Notes: generated by a model not told the origin, from the sequence alone. Counted from the stretch's first letter, positions 37,243 through 48,441 are shown. The stretch: DNA of 64,000 bases from an uncultured Acidimicrobiales bacterium (GCA_937976305.1 CALJSB010000041.1:16150-80149); one strand, 5' to 3'. Program-made: numbers and translations.

Positions 37243-40200
37243 ATGGGCAGTTTGCGTGCGTTGTCCCGAGAGGGATCGTTGAAGTCATGTGCCAAGGTTT
37301 TCGCTGCGTGGTTGGTGATGTTGACCGCCTTCCTCGCGGTGCCCGGCCAGGCCGGCGCGCTTCCTGGCGGGATCGACGGCTGCTTCTTCCGCGACCTGAA
37401 TGGTTCGAGCACCCAGGGCGACAACATGAACCCGGGCGCCGGCGGCGAAACTCCATTCACCGCTCCCATCACCGTCTCGCTCGTCGAATCTGGCGTCTCC
37501 GGATCGATCGTCGTCACGACTGATCCAGTGACCGGCTGCTTCGAGTTCCCGTCGCTCACCGACGGATCGAATTATCAGATCAACGTCACCTACCCACCCG
37601 AGTACTACTCATCGCCCACCGGCGGCGACACCGACTTCGTCCCCGGTGCCCCGCCCTCAGTTGCCGGTGATCCCTTCACGTCCTCGTACAACTTCACGTA
37701 CAACACCGGCGACGATCTCTCGGTCACCGGTGGCGTCAGCGGCCTTCCCGAGCTCAGCTTGGGCTATTTCATCACGCCGAGCGGCGACCAGATGATCGAG
37801 ACCGGCACCGGTCCGTTCAACACCACAGGCAACTGCCCGACCCAGGTGCCCGGCGACGATTGCGATACCTACGACAACGTGGTGCGCACGAACGACGTGA
37901 CCACCATCGGCTACACGATCACCGCCGACAACATTCCGGACGGCAACATCAACCCGCTCAACGATGTTGTCCTCGAACAGACCATTACCCCCAACCCCGG
38001 TGCGGTCGTCGACGTCCCCTCGCTTCACCCGAGCTGCTTGACCACCGGCGTCTCTCCGGTCTCTTCCATTGCGGTCGACCCGGTCACCGGTGTCATCACC
38101 GTCACCTGCAACCTCGGACCAAAAGACAACGGCACGTCGATCGTGCCCTTGTTCATTCGCACGGACGGCGCATCAGACGACGGCTCGTCATTCACCGTCG
38201 ACGCTCGGGTGTACTCCGGTGACGATCGGGCCCAGGTCGACGACGACAGCTCGAAGCTGGAGCCGGAAGAGATCTTCGTTTCAGCCGCACCTCGTTTCGA
38301 CATCACCAAGGGCAACGATGCGTCGAACCCCTTCAACCGTGTGGTGTATCTCCAGACCACCCAGCGAGTGAATCCAGAGACCGGTGTGCTCGAATACGGC
38401 GCCAACTACCACTGGGACATCTCGGTCATCTACGACGGCGGCACAAAGGGCCAGGCCGCGCTGGCCGACCCGATCACGTTCTCTGACGTCATCCCGCCGC
38501 AGTTCAGCGGTTGGGTTCTCACGAACTGCCTGAGCCAGCCCTGGCCGAACGGCGGCCTGCCCAACGACGACCGGCCCGAGGAAGACTGGGGCGCTCGTGG
38601 CACCTGGAGCTGCGTGGAAGATCGGGCCAACAACGAAATCGACATCACCGTCACCGGCGCAGACACCGACGGCGATCCAACTCCCACCGAGGGATCCAAC
38701 GGCAACAACTTGGCCTCAGGTCCCTACATCGCATTCGCCGGCTCCGTCCGTATCTGGTACCCCCTGAGCGACTTCTACCGGTCCGTCGACCCCACGTGGG
38801 ACTACGGCGACCCGCCCATCCAGGGCGACTACAACCTCGACAATGTGATCGCGAACTTCGATCCCGACTCTTCGACCGGCCAGAGCAACTACGGCGATGA
38901 AGAAGAGCCGACAGAAAACAATGACCGCAGCGTGAACGTACCCGTCTACGAACGTGGCGGCTTCTCGAAGCATCTCGGCTCATATGAGTGGGCCGATGCC
39001 CGCATTCCTGACGGCTCCGTCACCGGCACGGCCGCCACCTGGCCCTGTGGTGCCAACTCGATCACCGCCGGATCGCTCATGAGCGGTCAGACGCAGGTCT
39101 GCTCGTCTGGTGATGCTCCAGTGCAACCGGGCGAGAAGGCCCACTTCTGGTTCTGGCTTCGCAACGATGGCACGTTCCCGTGGGCCTCAGAAACGGTCGA
39201 GTTGTGCGATGCGTTCGACAACTCAACGATGTCGCTCACCACCTGGACGGGCGGAGAGCCCGTGTACGTGCGCAACGGTTCGATTCCAGCAGGCGCAGTG
39301 ATCGTCGAATACGCAACCGCCGGATTCAACGACAACGTTGCCGGCAACAGCTGGGCCAACCAAGTGACTGCCATCCAGACGTGTACCGCGCCCAACAATG
39401 ACTGGTCGACCGATCCGCTCAGTTTCGACCCCGACCCGACCACGTCCCTCGAACAGATCGGGATGATCCGCATCAGGGTCGATGAGACGGTGAAGGCCGA
39501 AGTGCTTCCGTCGGAGTTTCTGCAGGTTTCGTTCCCGGTCGAGATCCGCGACACCTTCAATGGTGGCCCGAACGACGGGCAGCCGATTCCTGTTGGAACC
39601 ATTCTGGCCAACAACGCGAACCGTCAGTTCGGAACGTTCCCTTACTCGGCGACTCACTTCGAAGCCGAGTCGTACGGCAACTCTCCCTGGGGTGAACGTC
39701 TCTTCTTGAACCGTCACCAGGTCCGGGTATCGAAGGCGACGTCGATTGATCCGACCTCACCGACCGACGACGATCTGTTCAACGTGCAGGGCTCCGACAC
39801 CGTCGTGTGGTGGCTGCAACCTGCCGTCACGGCAGTCACGCCGGCCACCGCGCCGAACGTTCAAGTAATCGACACTCTGCCCGCTGGTGTCTCGTTCGAT
39901 TCGCTGTGTCAGGCCGGTCAGGCCTACCCCGACGCCGGCGTGGTGCTGAGCTCGGTGACCGTGAACCCCGATGGCACCACGTCAATCGTCTTCGATCTCG
40001 GTGATCGCCCGACCAACGTCGCAATCGGGCCAATCCCTGTCTGCACGACCGTCGACAACTTCCTCGACCCGGGCACCGACCTCACGAACCACGTCGAGAT
40101 CACCTCAGACGGCGACGTCTCGCCCGAGAGCACCCGCACCGATGAGCGCACCGTCTCGGTGATCGCGGCCGGCGAGTTCCAGCTGGCCAAGTCGGTCGAC

Positions 40201-43200
40201 GCGCCGCTCGAGCTGCAACTCGACACCCAGACCTACGAAATCGGCTGGTCGAACCTCTCGACTGCCTTCGACTTCGCCCCACCAGACGTCATCGACGTGT
40301 GGCCCTACAACGGTGATGGCGTCAACCCGCTCAACCTCAGAACCGAGTTCGACTCGAAGTACAGCGGTTCCTATGAACTGACCAGCTGGATGCCGCAACC
40401 GACGACGACGTTGGCCGACGGCACGACACAGGTCACGGGTGGAACCTGGTACTACTCAGCCGACGACCCGAACACGATTCCCTACGACGCTGACGATCCC
40501 GTCAACGACCTCGTGACCGGTTCGGTGACGTGGTGTACCCAGGCTGATCTGGTGGCGGGTATCGCGCCCTGTAACTTCACCTTCTCGGACTCGACCGCTG
40601 TTCGGTTCGTGCAGACAGACATCCTCGTGGCTCAGAGCACGGTCACCGTTAGCTACACGTTCCAGGCCGGCACGGTGGCCAACCCCAACCAGCCAGCCGA
40701 CCGCTACGTCAACCGCTTCGCTGCTCGCACCGACAGCGTTGATGACCTCATCCGTTCAAACGAGGTGCTCGTTCAGGTCTTGTCGATGAATCTCGGCGAC
40801 CTGGTGTTCCTCGATGCTGATGTCGATGGCAAGTTCACCTCCGGCATCGACGTGCCGATCCCCGGCACCGTCGTCGAGTTGTGGCGTGACGACGGCACCG
40901 GCACGTTCGTCTTCTTCGCAACAACCAACACCGATGCCAACGGCCGCTACGTCTTCGACGACTTGTTGCAGGGAACCTACGAAGTGCGTATCCCCGACAG
41001 CGAGCTCAGCGGCGGCACCCTCGACACTTGGACTCAAACCGTCATTCCGCTGCCTGCGGATAACGACGACAACGAAGATGTTGACCAGCAGGCCTTCGAC
41101 TCGGGCCTCGGGTACACCAGCAGTGGACCCGTCACCCTGCAGGCCAACACCGTTGTTGACCCACCACTCGGCCTCGAGCCGACTGGTGAGAACCTGTTCA
41201 ACCTCGGCAATCCGTTTACCTTCGACAACCTGTCGAACATGAGCGTCGACCTCGGCTTCCGGGGTGATCCCGAGATCGAGATCATCAAAGAGGTTTGCGA
41301 CGCTGCCCTCGGCAGTTGTGACCTCACGACCGACCCCCTCGATCCGGCTGATGGCTGGGTCGAGATCGCCGAAGTTCCGTTCACCGACACCGCCGTGTGG
41401 CGAATCACTGTCGTAAACACCGGTGATGAGATGCTCACCGACATCGTCGTCGACGATCCGGCTGAAGCTGCCTGTAACCAAGCTTCCGGAACGATTCCCG
41501 ACCTCGGAATCGGTGAGTCGTACTCCTACACCTGCTCGACCACGAACGTGCTGGCTGACATCCTCAACACCGCAGGCGTGACGGCAGCCGGTATCGGCTC
41601 CGGTGTCGAAGTCGAAGACGACGATTCAGCTGCAGTCGAGACCCCGCCGGCGGACCCCGACATCAACGTCGTGAAGTACGTGAACGGCGATGATGCCAAC
41701 ACCGCCCCGGGCATCTACATCGACCCGGGCGATCCCGTGATCTTCACCTACGAAGTCACCACCGGCGTCGGTACTGTCCCCCTGGAAGACGTCGAAGTCA
41801 GCGACGACAACGGCACGCCGCTCGACGCAACTGACGACTTCACCGCAACCTACGTAAGCGGCGACACCGACTCTGACGCTATTCTTGACCTTGGCGAGAC
41901 GTGGCTGTTCGAGGCCACTGGTTTCACCGCGATCGATGGTCAATACGCCAACTGGGCAACGGCCACCGGTCAGCCCGTCACCACGGGCACTGATCCCGTC
42001 AGCGACCTTGACCCAGCGCACTACTTCGGCGTCGAAGGCGGCCTCGAGCTCACCAAGTTCGTCAACGGCGACGATGCTGACGCAGCTCCTGGTGTTCTGG
42101 TCGAGACCGGCGCTCCGGTGACGTTCACCTACCAGGTGCGCAACACCGGCAATATCGCTTTGACGATCACTGACTTCACTGATGACGCAGGCACCGCTGC
42201 GGCCGGTGACGACTGGACCCCAACGTATGCCTCGGGCGACACCGACAGCGACGGCGAGCTCGATGTCAACGAGGTGTGGTTCTACGAGCACACCGGCGAG
42301 GTCGCAATCGAAGGTCAGTACACGAACGTGGCTGACATCACGGCTGAGGACCCCATCGGCAATGAGTTCGTCGATGACGATCTGGCTAACTATTTCGGAT
42401 CGAGCCCGTCGTTTGATCTCGAGAAGTCGACCAACACGGTCGACGCTGATGTCGACCCTGTGCTGATCGCAGACGGCGGCACGGTCATCTGGGAATACGT
42501 GCTCGTCAATACCGGCAACGTCCCGATCTCGAATCCTCGAGTGCAGGACGACAACGGAACTCCGGCCGATCCAACAGACGATTTCTTCGCCGCCTACTTC
42601 GCTGGTGACCTTGGCAACGACGGCATTCTCGGCGTGGGCGAGACCTGGATCTTCCGAGTGACCGGAATTGCGACCGAGGACGCCTACACAAACAACGCAA
42701 CAGCGACCGGCACCGGTCCTGGGACGTTTGATGAAGACGGCAATAGCGTTCCCGGCGAGGCCCTCGAGTCTGAGGATCCATCGAGCTACATCACTTCGAA
42801 CCCCGGGATTGGCATCGTGAAGTCGACCAATACGGTCGACAGCAGCGCAGCGCCTGGTGTGTTCGTGGCGGTTGGCGATGCGGTGACGTGGACCTATGAG
42901 GTCTCCAACACCGGTGACGTGCCCCTGTCTTCTGTGATCGTCGTTGATGACAACGGTACGCCGGCTGATCTGGCTGATGATCTGACGGCGACGTATGTGT
43001 CTGGTGACACGAACGGCGATGGCCTGCTCGACATCGATGAGACGTGGGTGTTCCAGGCCACTGGCGTGGCTACGGCTGGTCAGTATGAGAACAACGCTGA
43101 GACCTCTGGTACGCCACCCGAGGTGACGAACCCTGACGGTACGACATCGACGCCAGATCCGGTGACGGACGATGATGACGACTTCTACTTCGGTTCTGAG

Positions 43201-46200
43201 GCTGAGATTGCCATCACGAAGTCGACCAACGGCGTCGACAACAGCGCTGCGCCTGGTGTGTACGTCGCTGTCGGCGACTCCGTGACCTGGACCTATCAGG
43301 TCACGAACCCGGGCAACGTTGAGTTGTCGGACGTGACCGTGGTTGACGATGCGGGCACCCCGGCTGATGCGACGGACGACATCACGGCTACCTATGTGTC
43401 TGGTGACACCGACGGTGACAGCCTGCTCGATACAGACGAAACGTGGTTGTTCGAGGCCACTGGTGTTGCCGTTGCTGGTCAGTATGAGAACAGTGCTGTG
43501 GTGTCTGGTGCGCCGCCTGAGGTGACGAATCCTGATGGTTCGACGTCGACGCCTGATCCGGTGACGGACGATGACGATGACTTCTACTTTGGTTCTGAGC
43601 CGGCTATTGATGTGGTGAAGTCGACCAATACGGTCGATAGCGCTGCTGCGCCTGGTGTGTTCATCACGCCGGGCGATCCGGTCACCTGGACCTACGAGGT
43701 CACCAACCCCGGCAACGTTGCCCTTTCAGATGTCACCATCGTGGACGACAACGGTACGCCCGCCGTCCCGACCGATGATCTCGCACCGGTCTACGTGTCT
43801 GGTGACACCAATGGTGACGGGCTCCTGGATCTCGACGAGACGTGGGTCTTCGAAGCCACTGGCGTGGCTACGGCTGGTCAGTATGAGAACAGCGCTGAGG
43901 TGTCTGGTACGCCGCCGACCGAGACCGGTCCTGATGGGGCCGAGTCCGATCCGGATCCGGTGACGGACGATGATGACGATTTCTACTTCGGCTCCACACC
44001 TGGCATCGGCGTGGTGAAGTCGACCAATACGGTCGACAACTCCGCTGCGCCTGGTGTCTTGATCGCTCCGGGTGATTCGGTCACCTGGACGTATGCGGTC
44101 TCCAACACGGGCGACGTTCCGCTCTCGTCGGTGGGCGTCGTTGATGACAACGGTACGCCTGCTGATCCGGCTGATGATCTGACGGCGACGTATGTGTCTG
44201 GTGACACGAACGGTGATGGTCTCCTCGATCTCGATGAGACGTGGGTTTTCCAGGCCACTGGCGTCGCTACGGCCGGTCAGTATGAGAACAACGCTGAGGT
44301 GTCTGGTACGCCGCCTGAGGTGACGAATCCTGATGGTTCGACCTCGACGCCTGACCCGGTCACTGATGACGACGATGATTTCTATTACGGCTTCAGCCCG
44401 GAGATTGCTGTCACGAAGTCGACCAACACGGTCGACAACGCAGCAGCTCCTGGTGTGTACATCGCGCCGGGTGATCCGGTGACGTGGACCTATGAGGTCA
44501 CGAACCCTGGCGACGTCGTTCTTTCGGACGTTGGTGTTGTTGATGACAATGGCACGCCTGCTGACCCTGCTGACGACATCACGGCCACCTTTGTGTCTGG
44601 TGATACCGACGGCGATGGTCTGCTCGATTTGGATGAGACGTGGGTCTTTGAGGCCACTGGTGTGGCGACTGCTGGTCAGTACGAGAACAACGCGGAAGCA
44701 TCTGGTACGCCGCCTGTGGTGACGAACCCTGATGGTTCGACCTCGACGCCGGATCCGGTGACTGATGACGACGATGATTTCTATTACGGCTTCAGCCCGG
44801 AGATCGCGGTGACGAAGTCGACCAACACGGTCGACAACGCAGCCGCCCCTGGCGTGTACATCACGCCCGGCGACCCAGTGACCTGGACCTACGAAGTGAC
44901 CAATCCCGGTGACGTGGTCCTGTCTGACGTAACGGTTGTCGATGACGCCGGCACCCCGGCAGATGCCTCTGACGACATCACCGCTACCTACGTGTCTGGT
45001 GACACGAACGGTGACGGGCTCCTCGATCTCGACGAGACGTGGGTCTTTGAGGCCGCTGGTGTGGCGACTGCTGGTCAGTACGAGAACAACGCGGAAGCAT
45101 CTGGTACGCCGCCTGTGGTGACGAATCCAGATGGTTCGACGTCGACCCCTGACCCCGTGACTGACGATGACGACGACTTCTACTTCGGCTCCACACCTGG
45201 CATCGGCGTGGTGAAGTCGACCAATACGGTCGACAACGCTGCCGCCCCCGGTGTGTACGTCGCTCCGGGCGATCCGGTGACGTGGACCTATGAGGTCTCC
45301 AACACGGGTGATGTTCCGCTCTCGTCGGTGGGTGTTGTTGATGATGCCGGTACGCCGGCTAATCCGGCCGACGACATCACGGCCACCTTTGTGTCTGGTG
45401 ATACCGACGGCGATGGTCTGCTCGATCTCGATGAGACCTGGATCTTCCAGGCAACCGGAGCGGCCACTGTTGGTCAGTACGAGAACAACGCTGAAGCATC
45501 GGGCACGCCGCCTGAGGTGACGAACCCCGATGGTTCGACATCGACGCCTGATCCGGTGACCGATGATGACGATGATTTCTATTACGGCTTCAGCCCGGAG
45601 ATTGCTGTCACGAAGTCGACCAACACGGTCGACAACTCAGCAGCTCCTGGTGTGTACATCGCGCCGGGTGATCCGGTGACGTGGACCTATGAGGTGACCA
45701 ATCCCGGTGACGTGGTTCTTTCCGACGTTGGTGTTGTTGACGACAACGGCACCCCGGCTGATCCGGCCGATGATCTGACCGCAAGCTACGTGTCTGGTGA
45801 CACGAACGGTGACGGTCTGTTGGATCTGGATGAGACGTGGATCTTCGAGGCCACGGGTGTCGCCGTCGTCGGTCAGTACGAGAACAGTGCTGAGGTGTCT
45901 GGTACGCCGCCTGAGGTGACGAATCCTGATGGTTCGACGTCGACGCCTGATCCGGTGACTGATGACGACGTCGATTTCTACTTTGGTTCTGAGCCGGCCA
46001 TTGATGTGGTGAAGTCGACCAATACGGTCGATAGCGCTGCTGCGCCTGGTGTGTTCATCACGCCGGGCGATCCGGTGACATGGACCTACGAAGTGACCAA
46101 CCCCGGCAACGTTGCCCTTTCAGATGTCGGGGTTGTTGATGACAACGGCACCCCGGCCGACCCGGCTGACGATCTGACGGCGACGTACGTGTCTGGTGAC

Positions 46201-48441
46201 ACGAATGGCGATGGTCTTTTGGATCTCGATGAGACCTGGATCTTCGAGGCCACTGGTGTGGCCACCGCTGGCCAGTACGAGAACAACGCTGAGGTGTCCG
46301 GCAACCCGCCGACCGAGACCGGTCCCGATGGCACCGAGTCCGACCCGGACCTGGTGACCGATGACGATGACGACTTCTACTTCGGTTCTGGTCCGAGCAT
46401 CGACCTCGTGAAGTCGACCAACACGGTTGACAACGCTGAGGCCCCCGGTGTCTACGTGCCGCTGGGCGGTGCCGTGACCTGGACCTACGAGGTCTCGAAC
46501 ACCGGCGATGTTGTGCTCTCCGATGTCGGAGTGGTCGATGATGCGGGAACGCCTGCTGACCCGGCTGACGACATCACTGCCACCTACGTGTCTGGTGACA
46601 CGAACAGTGACGGGATCCTCGATCTCGACGAGACGTGGATCTTCGAAGCCTCTGGCGTGGCGACCGCTGGTCAATACGAGAACAACGCAGAAGCCTCGGG
46701 CACACCCCCGATCGTGACCAACCCTGACGGCTCGACGACCACGCCTGACCCGGTGACCGCAGATGATCCGGATTTCTACTTCGGTTCCGATCCTGCCATT
46801 GCTGTCACGAAGTCGACGAACGGCATCGACAGCACTGAGGCCACCGGCCCCTTCGTTCTCGTGGGCGATCCGGTCACTTGGACCTACGAAGTCACCAACC
46901 CTGGCAACGTTCCTCTGAGCGATGTCGGTGTTGTCGACGACAACGGCACGCCTGCCGACCCGGCAGACGACCTGACCGGCACCTACGTATCTGGTGACAC
47001 CAACGACGACGGCATCCTCGATCTCGACGAGACCTGGATCTTCGAAGCCACGGGTGTTGCGATCGAAGGTCAGTATCAGAACGCAGTCACGGCCACCGGC
47101 ACGCCGCCGACGGAAACAACCCCAGACGGCACCGAGACCGATCCCGACCCCGTCGAAGATGGTGACGACGACTACTACTGGGGCGCAGTGCCTTCGGTTG
47201 ACATCGTGAAGACCGTGAACGGCGAGGATGCCAACGTTGCTCCGGGCGTCTTCGTGCCAACGGGTGAGGATGTGTCGTGGACCTACACCGTGACGAACAC
47301 GGGTAACACGCCGCTCATCGACATCGCAGTGACCGACGATCAAGGCGTTGTTGTGACCTGCCCAGCGACGTCGCTCGACGTCGGTGAGTCGATGGACTGC
47401 ACCGGTCCGGCTGAACCAGCCGAGCTTGGTCAGTACACAAACATCGGTACCGTCACCGGCACCCCAGCCGAGCCGGCCGGCGATCCGGACGATCCGTTCT
47501 CAGCGGTTGTCGACCCGACGACCGGCGGTCCTGTTGCACCCGTGACCGCAGATGATCCGGCAAACCACTTCGGTACCGGACCGGGCATCGAGATCCAGAA
47601 AGAGGTCTGTGACCTCGATGACATCAGCGCCTGTGATGCAGACAACGATGATCACTGGACCGAGGCCACCGTTGTGTCTGACGGCGACACCGCCGTCTGG
47701 CGCATGACGGTGACAAACATCGGCAACATCGATCTGCAAGACGTCGTTGTTGACGATCCGCTTGCTCCTGCATGCGACTCGACGTTGGCATTGCTGCCGG
47801 CTGGCGACGTGTGGGTGTACACCTGTGAGCTCGAAAACGTCACTGAACCGACCACCAACACTGCGTCGGTCACCGGCGTGCCGACCTCGGACCCTGACGG
47901 CCCGACGGTCAGTGACGACGACACCGCAGAGACGATCGCTCCGCCTGAGCTGACGATCGAGAAGAACGTCGACCAGAGCGCAGTGACAGTTGGCGACACG
48001 GTCACCTACACCTTGGAAATCACCAACAGCGGCATCTCTGACGCCTTCGACGTCGAGATCGTCGACACCTTGCCATCCAGCCTGACCGACATCGTCGTTC
48101 CGGCTGGCGAGGGCTTGGTGCACACGGACTCTGCTGGAACCATCACGTGGTCAATCCCATCGCTCCCCGTCGGTGTCACCAGAACGGTGAGCTACACCGC
48201 AAAGGTCACGGGCACGGGAACGATTGTCAACGAGGTAGCGATTCTCTCGGACCACGAAGAGAACGACCTCACTGACAATGAGGACACGGCGTCGACATCG
48301 GCTGCCCCGGTGCCGACGCCGACACCGCTTGCCTTCACCGGCTCGAGCTCGACCGACATTGCGCTCGCTGCCCTCTTGATGGTGACGCTCGGTGCTGGGT
48401 TTGTGTTCTTCGCTCGCCGACGTCGACCCAACAGGGCCTGA
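37243..48441 (+). CDS. Giant (~3,730 aa) sortase-anchored surface adhesin with SdrD-B-like, DUF11/DUF7507-like Ig repeats
   Basis: Signal peptide ending PGQAGA|LP (start 37243 or TTG 37279). SdrD-B-like domains (LGDLVFLDADVDG...TDANGRYVF), 14 domains with a GDxxxDxxLDxxExW-type loop, DUF11 (LTIEK...GDTVTYTLEITN), and C-terminal LAFTG + TM + RRRR. Confidence 0.93.
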   Translation: MGSLRALSREGSLKSCAKVFAAWLVMLTAFLAVPGQAGALPGGIDGCFFRDLNGSSTQGDNMNPGAGGETPFTAPITVSLVESGVSGSIVVTTDPVTGCFEFPSLTDGSNYQINVTYPPEYYSSPTGGDTDFVPGAPPSVAGDPFTSSYNFTYNTGDDLSVTGGVSGLPELSLGYFITPSGDQMIETGTGPFNTTGNCPTQVPGDDCDTYDNVVRTNDVTTIGYTITADNIPDGNINPLNDVVLEQTITPNPGAVVDVPSLHPSCLTTGVSPVSSIAVDPVTGVITVTCNLGPKDNGTSIVPLFIRTDGASDDGSSFTVDARVYSGDDRAQVDDDSSKLEPEEIFVSAAPRFDITKGNDASNPFNRVVYLQTTQRVNPETGVLEYGANYHWDISVIYDGGTKGQAALADPITFSDVIPPQFSGWVLTNCLSQPWPNGGLPNDDRPEEDWGARGTWSCVEDRANNEIDITVTGADTDGDPTPTEGSNGNNLASGPYIAFAGSVRIWYPLSDFYRSVDPTWDYGDPPIQGDYNLDNVIANFDPDSSTGQSNYGDEEEPTENNDRSVNVPVYERGGFSKHLGSYEWADARIPDGSVTGTAATWPCGANSITAGSLMSGQTQVCSSGDAPVQPGEKAHFWFWLRNDGTFPWASETVELCDAFDNSTMSLTTWTGGEPVYVRNGSIPAGAVIVEYATAGFNDNVAGNSWANQVTAIQTCTAPNNDWSTDPLSFDPDPTTSLEQIGMIRIRVDETVKAEVLPSEFLQVSFPVEIRDTFNGGPNDGQPIPVGTILANNANRQFGTFPYSATHFEAESYGNSPWGERLFLNRHQVRVSKATSIDPTSPTDDDLFNVQGSDTVVWWLQPAVTAVTPATAPNVQVIDTLPAGVSFDSLCQAGQAYPDAGVVLSSVTVNPDGTTSIVFDLGDRPTNVAIGPIPVCTTVDNFLDPGTDLTNHVEITSDGDVSPESTRTDERTVSVIAAGEFQLAKSVDAPLELQLDTQTYEIGWSNLSTAFDFAPPDVIDVWPYNGDGVNPLNLRTEFDSKYSGSYELTSWMPQPTTTLADGTTQVTGGTWYYSADDPNTIPYDADDPVNDLVTGSVTWCTQADLVAGIAPCNFTFSDSTAVRFVQTDILVAQSTVTVSYTFQAGTVANPNQPADRYVNRFAARTDSVDDLIRSNEVLVQVLSMNLGDLVFLDADVDGKFTSGIDVPIPGTVVELWRDDGTGTFVFFATTNTDANGRYVFDDLLQGTYEVRIPDSELSGGTLDTWTQTVIPLPADNDDNEDVDQQAFDSGLGYTSSGPVTLQANTVVDPPLGLEPTGENLFNLGNPFTFDNLSNMSVDLGFRGDPEIEIIKEVCDAALGSCDLTTDPLDPADGWVEIAEVPFTDTAVWRITVVNTGDEMLTDIVVDDPAEAACNQASGTIPDLGIGESYSYTCSTTNVLADILNTAGVTAAGIGSGVEVEDDDSAAVETPPADPDINVVKYVNGDDANTAPGIYIDPGDPVIFTYEVTTGVGTVPLEDVEVSDDNGTPLDATDDFTATYVSGDTDSDAILDLGETWLFEATGFTAIDGQYANWATATGQPVTTGTDPVSDLDPAHYFGVEGGLELTKFVNGDDADAAPGVLVETGAPVTFTYQVRNTGNIALTITDFTDDAGTAAAGDDWTPTYASGDTDSDGELDVNEVWFYEHTGEVAIEGQYTNVADITAEDPIGNEFVDDDLANYFGSSPSFDLEKSTNTVDADVDPVLIADGGTVIWEYVLVNTGNVPISNPRVQDDNGTPADPTDDFFAAYFAGDLGNDGILGVGETWIFRVTGIATEDAYTNNATATGTGPGTFDEDGNSVPGEALESEDPSSYITSNPGIGIVKSTNTVDSSAAPGVFVAVGDAVTWTYEVSNTGDVPLSSVIVVDDNGTPADLADDLTATYVSGDTNGDGLLDIDETWVFQATGVATAGQYENNAETSGTPPEVTNPDGTTSTPDPVTDDDDDFYFGSEAEIAITKSTNGVDNSAAPGVYVAVGDSVTWTYQVTNPGNVELSDVTVVDDAGTPADATDDITATYVSGDTDGDSLLDTDETWLFEATGVAVAGQYENSAVVSGAPPEVTNPDGSTSTPDPVTDDDDDFYFGSEPAIDVVKSTNTVDSAAAPGVFITPGDPVTWTYEVTNPGNVALSDVTIVDDNGTPAVPTDDLAPVYVSGDTNGDGLLDLDETWVFEATGVATAGQYENSAEVSGTPPTETGPDGAESDPDPVTDDDDDFYFGSTPGIGVVKSTNTVDNSAAPGVLIAPGDSVTWTYAVSNTGDVPLSSVGVVDDNGTPADPADDLTATYVSGDTNGDGLLDLDETWVFQATGVATAGQYENNAEVSGTPPEVTNPDGSTSTPDPVTDDDDDFYYGFSPEIAVTKSTNTVDNAAAPGVYIAPGDPVTWTYEVTNPGDVVLSDVGVVDDNGTPADPADDITATFVSGDTDGDGLLDLDETWVFEATGVATAGQYENNAEASGTPPVVTNPDGSTSTPDPVTDDDDDFYYGFSPEIAVTKSTNTVDNAAAPGVYITPGDPVTWTYEVTNPGDVVLSDVTVVDDAGTPADASDDITATYVSGDTNGDGLLDLDETWVFEAAGVATAGQYENNAEASGTPPVVTNPDGSTSTPDPVTDDDDDFYFGSTPGIGVVKSTNTVDNAAAPGVYVAPGDPVTWTYEVSNTGDVPLSSVGVVDDAGTPANPADDITATFVSGDTDGDGLLDLDETWIFQATGAATVGQYENNAEASGTPPEVTNPDGSTSTPDPVTDDDDDFYYGFSPEIAVTKSTNTVDNSAAPGVYIAPGDPVTWTYEVTNPGDVVLSDVGVVDDNGTPADPADDLTASYVSGDTNGDGLLDLDETWIFEATGVAVVGQYENSAEVSGTPPEVTNPDGSTSTPDPVTDDDVDFYFGSEPAIDVVKSTNTVDSAAAPGVFITPGDPVTWTYEVTNPGNVALSDVGVVDDNGTPADPADDLTATYVSGDTNGDGLLDLDETWIFEATGVATAGQYENNAEVSGNPPTETGPDGTESDPDLVTDDDDDFYFGSGPSIDLVKSTNTVDNAEAPGVYVPLGGAVTWTYEVSNTGDVVLSDVGVVDDAGTPADPADDITATYVSGDTNSDGILDLDETWIFEASGVATAGQYENNAEASGTPPIVTNPDGSTTTPDPVTADDPDFYFGSDPAIAVTKSTNGIDSTEATGPFVLVGDPVTWTYEVTNPGNVPLSDVGVVDDNGTPADPADDLTGTYVSGDTNDDGILDLDETWIFEATGVAIEGQYQNAVTATGTPPTETTPDGTETDPDPVEDGDDDYYWGAVPSVDIVKTVNGEDANVAPGVFVPTGEDVSWTYTVTNTGNTPLIDIAVTDDQGVVVTCPATSLDVGESMDCTGPAEPAELGQYTNIGTVTGTPAEPAGDPDDPFSAVVDPTTGGPVAPVTADDPANHFGTGPGIEIQKEVCDLDDISACDADNDDHWTEATVVSDGDTAVWRMTVTNIGNIDLQDVVVDDPLAPACDSTLALLPAGDVWVYTCELENVTEPTTNTASVTGVPTSDPDGPTVSDDDTAETIAPPELTIEKNVDQSAVTVGDTVTYTLEITNSGISDAFDVEIVDTLPSSLTDIVVPAGEGLVHTDSAGTITWSIPSLPVGVTRTVSYTAKVTGTGTIVNEVAILSDHEENDLTDNEDTASTSAAPVPTPTPLAFTGSSSTDIALAALLMVTLGAGFVFFARRRRPNRA
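42796..47184 (+). repeat. 11 tandem 399-bp (133-aa) near-identical domain repeats
   Basis: AAGTCGACC recurs at 42820 and 43219 (399-bp period). The array ends exactly at TACTGGGGC 47184. Confidence 0.95.

Noticed and set aside
35999-48441. tRNA-Val as an integration site for an island carrying the adhesin
   Set aside because: No integrase, no duplicated tRNA 3' end seen in the window, and no abrupt compositional boundary.
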